From: Octopus sinensis | Taxonomy: Eukaryota | Assembly: GCF_006345805.1 (NCBI RefSeq) | Contig: NW_021827072.1 | Span: 1 to 11,114, forward strand | Length of the DNA: 11,114 nt | Direction of reading: 5' to 3' | Part shown: piece by piece, positions 8,993-11,114 of the stretch | Numbering within the stretch: position 1 is the first letter of the stretch | Layout of the letters: each line of letters starts with the position of its first letter | Program-made: the position numbers and the translations under genes | The notes under the pieces: generated by a model | Database searches by the model: none | Told to the model about the DNA's origin: nothing | The model's input: the letters and a program-made list of their open reading frames with translations, nothing else

Positions 8993-9418
8993 TGAACACG
9001 CTTACAGAATACAATTCGATGATTTATGGAAGAATAACATGAAAGACCGTAAAAATATGTTGAGAAGATAAAGTAGCAAAGAAAAGAACCAAATTATAGT
9101 GAAAAAGTTGTGAGAGACAAATTGACGATGAAGAAAAATTGAAAAAAAAGAGGAAAAAAAAAAAAAAAAAGAAAAACGAAAATTTCAAAGTAAAAAAAAA
9201 CCTCAAAAAATGTTTAACAAAAACAAAAAAAAAAAAGGGTGTGTTTGAATGTTTTATGAAACAATTTCCGTTCACCTGAATAATTAAATAAGAGGAGAAT
9301 TGAAACAAAGGTGTCTTTTGATTGGAAGCTGATTAAGAAACTCAAAGTTAGGCGAGTTGATACATTTGACATTGCGGGAAGAGTTGATGGTTCATTTCCT
9401 ATCGGTGGCACTATGATG

Positions 9419-9480
9419 TGACCTCTGACCTATAACCTCTGCCCACTGACCTGTGACTTGTGACAGGAATTCTTGACCTT
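9419..9480. repeat. 7-bp-period TGACCTN array (chain of DR1-like nuclear receptor half-sites)
   Basis: TGACCTC TGACCTA TAACCTC TGCCCAC TGACCTG TGACTTG TGACAGG (9419-9467), then TGACCTT at 9474-9480. Confidence 0.75.
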
Positions 9481-9563
9481 TACAGTTCATTTCTTATTCC
9501 CTTAAGTTTCGTTATATCCCTGCATTTTTTTTTTGCTTATCATAAGCATATGCGCTTATCACG

Positions 9564-9900
9564 TGCGCAGGAGTGGCTGTGTGGTAAGTAGCTTGCTTAC
9601 CAACCCCATGGTTCCGGGTTCAGTCCTACTGCGTGGCATCTTGGGCAAGTGTCTTCTACTATGGCCCCGGGCCGACCAAAGCCTTGTGAGTGGATTTGGT
9701 AGAAGGAAACTGAAAAGAAGCCCGTCGTATATATGTATATATATATATTTATATATGTATGCGTGTGTGTGTTTGTGTGTCTGTGTTTGTCCCCCTAGCA
9801 TTGCTTGACAACCGATGCTGGTGTGTTTATGTCCCCGTTACTTAGCGGTTCGGCAAAAGAGACCGATAGAATAAGTACTGGGCTTACAAAAGAATATAAG
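9564..9900 (+). mobile_element. tRNA-derived CORE-type SINE (octopus OR-like family), probably 3'-truncated
   Basis: A box TGGCTGTGTGG 9574-9584; B box GGTTCAGTCC 9617-9626; CORE-like CTTGGGCAAGTGTCTTCT at ~9640-9657; internal TA/TG microsatellite 9728-9790; 3' body GTCCCCGTTACTTAGCGGTTCGGCAAAAGAGACCGATAGAATAAGTAC. The family name and the truncation come from recall of octopus SINEs. Confidence 0.85.
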
Positions 9901-11114
9901 CATACCTGGTCCTTGGGTACCTTTCGCAGAGACCATTCTGTTGCAAGAATTAAGACCTGGTCTCTTGCTGAAAGATAACATCCTTCCATCTTGCCCAAAG
10001 TCCTGGAAACCTTGAAGAAAGTCACACGCACCGCTTTTCATTTTCTGATTTACAAAACCGTATTGGGGTTTGTTATTCGTCAGTTTCAGAACCAATGATC
10101 TTCTCAGTTCTATTGACAATATTCGAGTCAAATCGAAATTATGGCAGACGACCGTTGTCTGTGTCATGCAATGTGATCGAACCCAGAACCACAGGATTGT
10201 TGCTAGGAATCTGTTTGTCGCGACTGTGGAAAATTAACAATAAACAGAATCAATGGCAAAAGGTAAATTTCTGTAAAATTTAGTAAAAGGTAAAACTTCT
10301 TAGAATTTACAGGTCCCTGGTTAAGTCATTGCACTGGGCCCTAAAATGTAACAACACATATAGATCAAAACTGGGCATTTAGCCCCTAGAGACCCGCGGC
10401 CAACTGCGTGGTGTGTCTATGCCTTAAGATGACACTGCGTTTTGGTCGAAATCCTTGTCAAGAGAGAAATCAAAAATATAGAACAAAGTAAACAAACGTT
10501 TTACTAATATTCTTAAAAAATGTCATGGTTGGAATGTCGGAATTAGCTAATGAGTATTTTATTGGTTTCTTGTCGTTGAGGGTGGAAATGGGCCGTAATA
10601 CGTTGACCATACGCAACAAGAAGAGAGAAACAAGAAGAGAGAAACAAAGGTAATGGCAGCAGGTAAATATTGATGGGTTTCTGTAGAAAAGCCTATATTT
10701 GTGAGTGGAGGAGTATGAGAAAAGACATGTGCTGGGCTGGATTTAGAAGAAAACTAATGAATCTTTAATAGAAACAGGAAGGAACGCCCTGAAAGGACAA
10801 ACTAATCATTGCCTATTAAGTACCACCTAATCAAGACATTTGATTGCAATTAAATTTATATTGTATAAAATAACCAGGTGCTGATTAATGTTTCAAGCGG
10901 CAGCTGGCTTGCATAATTAATTATATCACTGCACAATGTCTCTGTTGAATAGCAACGATGATGTTTAATCCATTAATAAACCCCGAAGAAGCAGTAAAGA
11001 AACACTTTGCTATATTTTATTGAAAGATATTCTGAAGTATACAAGTTAAATAAAAGATTTAATTTCGCAGTAACATCGAATGACATCAAATAACTGAACG
11101 ACAAAAACCAACAT

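Noticed and set aside
201-9042. Long ORFs in the supplied track (e.g. 201-1067, 3717-4508, 4111-4941, 5768-6703, 8278-8943)
   Set aside because: They are translations of stop-free microsatellites with 2-4-residue periodicity, often open on both strands; not genes.
9564-9635. tRNA gene
   Set aside because: It has A/B boxes but no cloverleaf, and it continues into a CORE-like SINE body.
10020-10083. Minus-strand CTGACGA...GAAA
   Set aside because: The stem II base is unpaired by several nucleotides and there is no credible stem III/NUH.
10423-10459. CTTAAGA-T-GAC...GTC-GAAA hammerhead-like remnant
   Set aside because: The invariant G5 is missing and stems I and III do not pair.
10617-10647. 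14-bp tandem duplication CAAGAAGAGAGAAA x2
   Set aside because: Ordinary slippage duplication.
1-11114. CRISPR array or prokaryotic system
   Set aside because: No constant repeats with unique spacers and no operon-like coding density; the DNA is eukaryotic repeat-rich sequence.

Overview
AT-rich eukaryotic genomic DNA, probably intronic or intergenic. About half of it is simple repeats: (TACA)n, (TA)n, (AAT)n, (CA)n and (TATC)n. The SINE at ~9564-9900 and the overall composition suggest an octopus/cephalopod genome; this is an inference from recalled repeat families. No intact protein-coding gene is supported, and the long ORFs in the track are translations of microsatellites. The main signal is at 6750-7425. 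It holds a minus-strand fragment of a Penelope-like retroelement ORF (motif KRHRKILWFTPPFSLNVKTRAGK), followed by two different plus-strand type I hammerhead ribozymes (7046-7155 and 7333-7424). Both have complete catalytic cores and palindromic minimal stems III, and their predicted cleavage sites are 277 nt apart. Two related foldback elements (~2048-2238 and 2658-2885) each carry a decayed hammerhead-like core at the hairpin apex, in the same relative orientation. Also present are a 564-bp element embedded in (AAT)n, a 222-bp (TA)n-flanked structured element, a tRNA-derived CORE-type SINE and a 7-bp-periodic TGACCT (DR1-like) array. Parts of the window (3540-4910, 8270-8630, 9020-9300) look like noisy long-read sequence.
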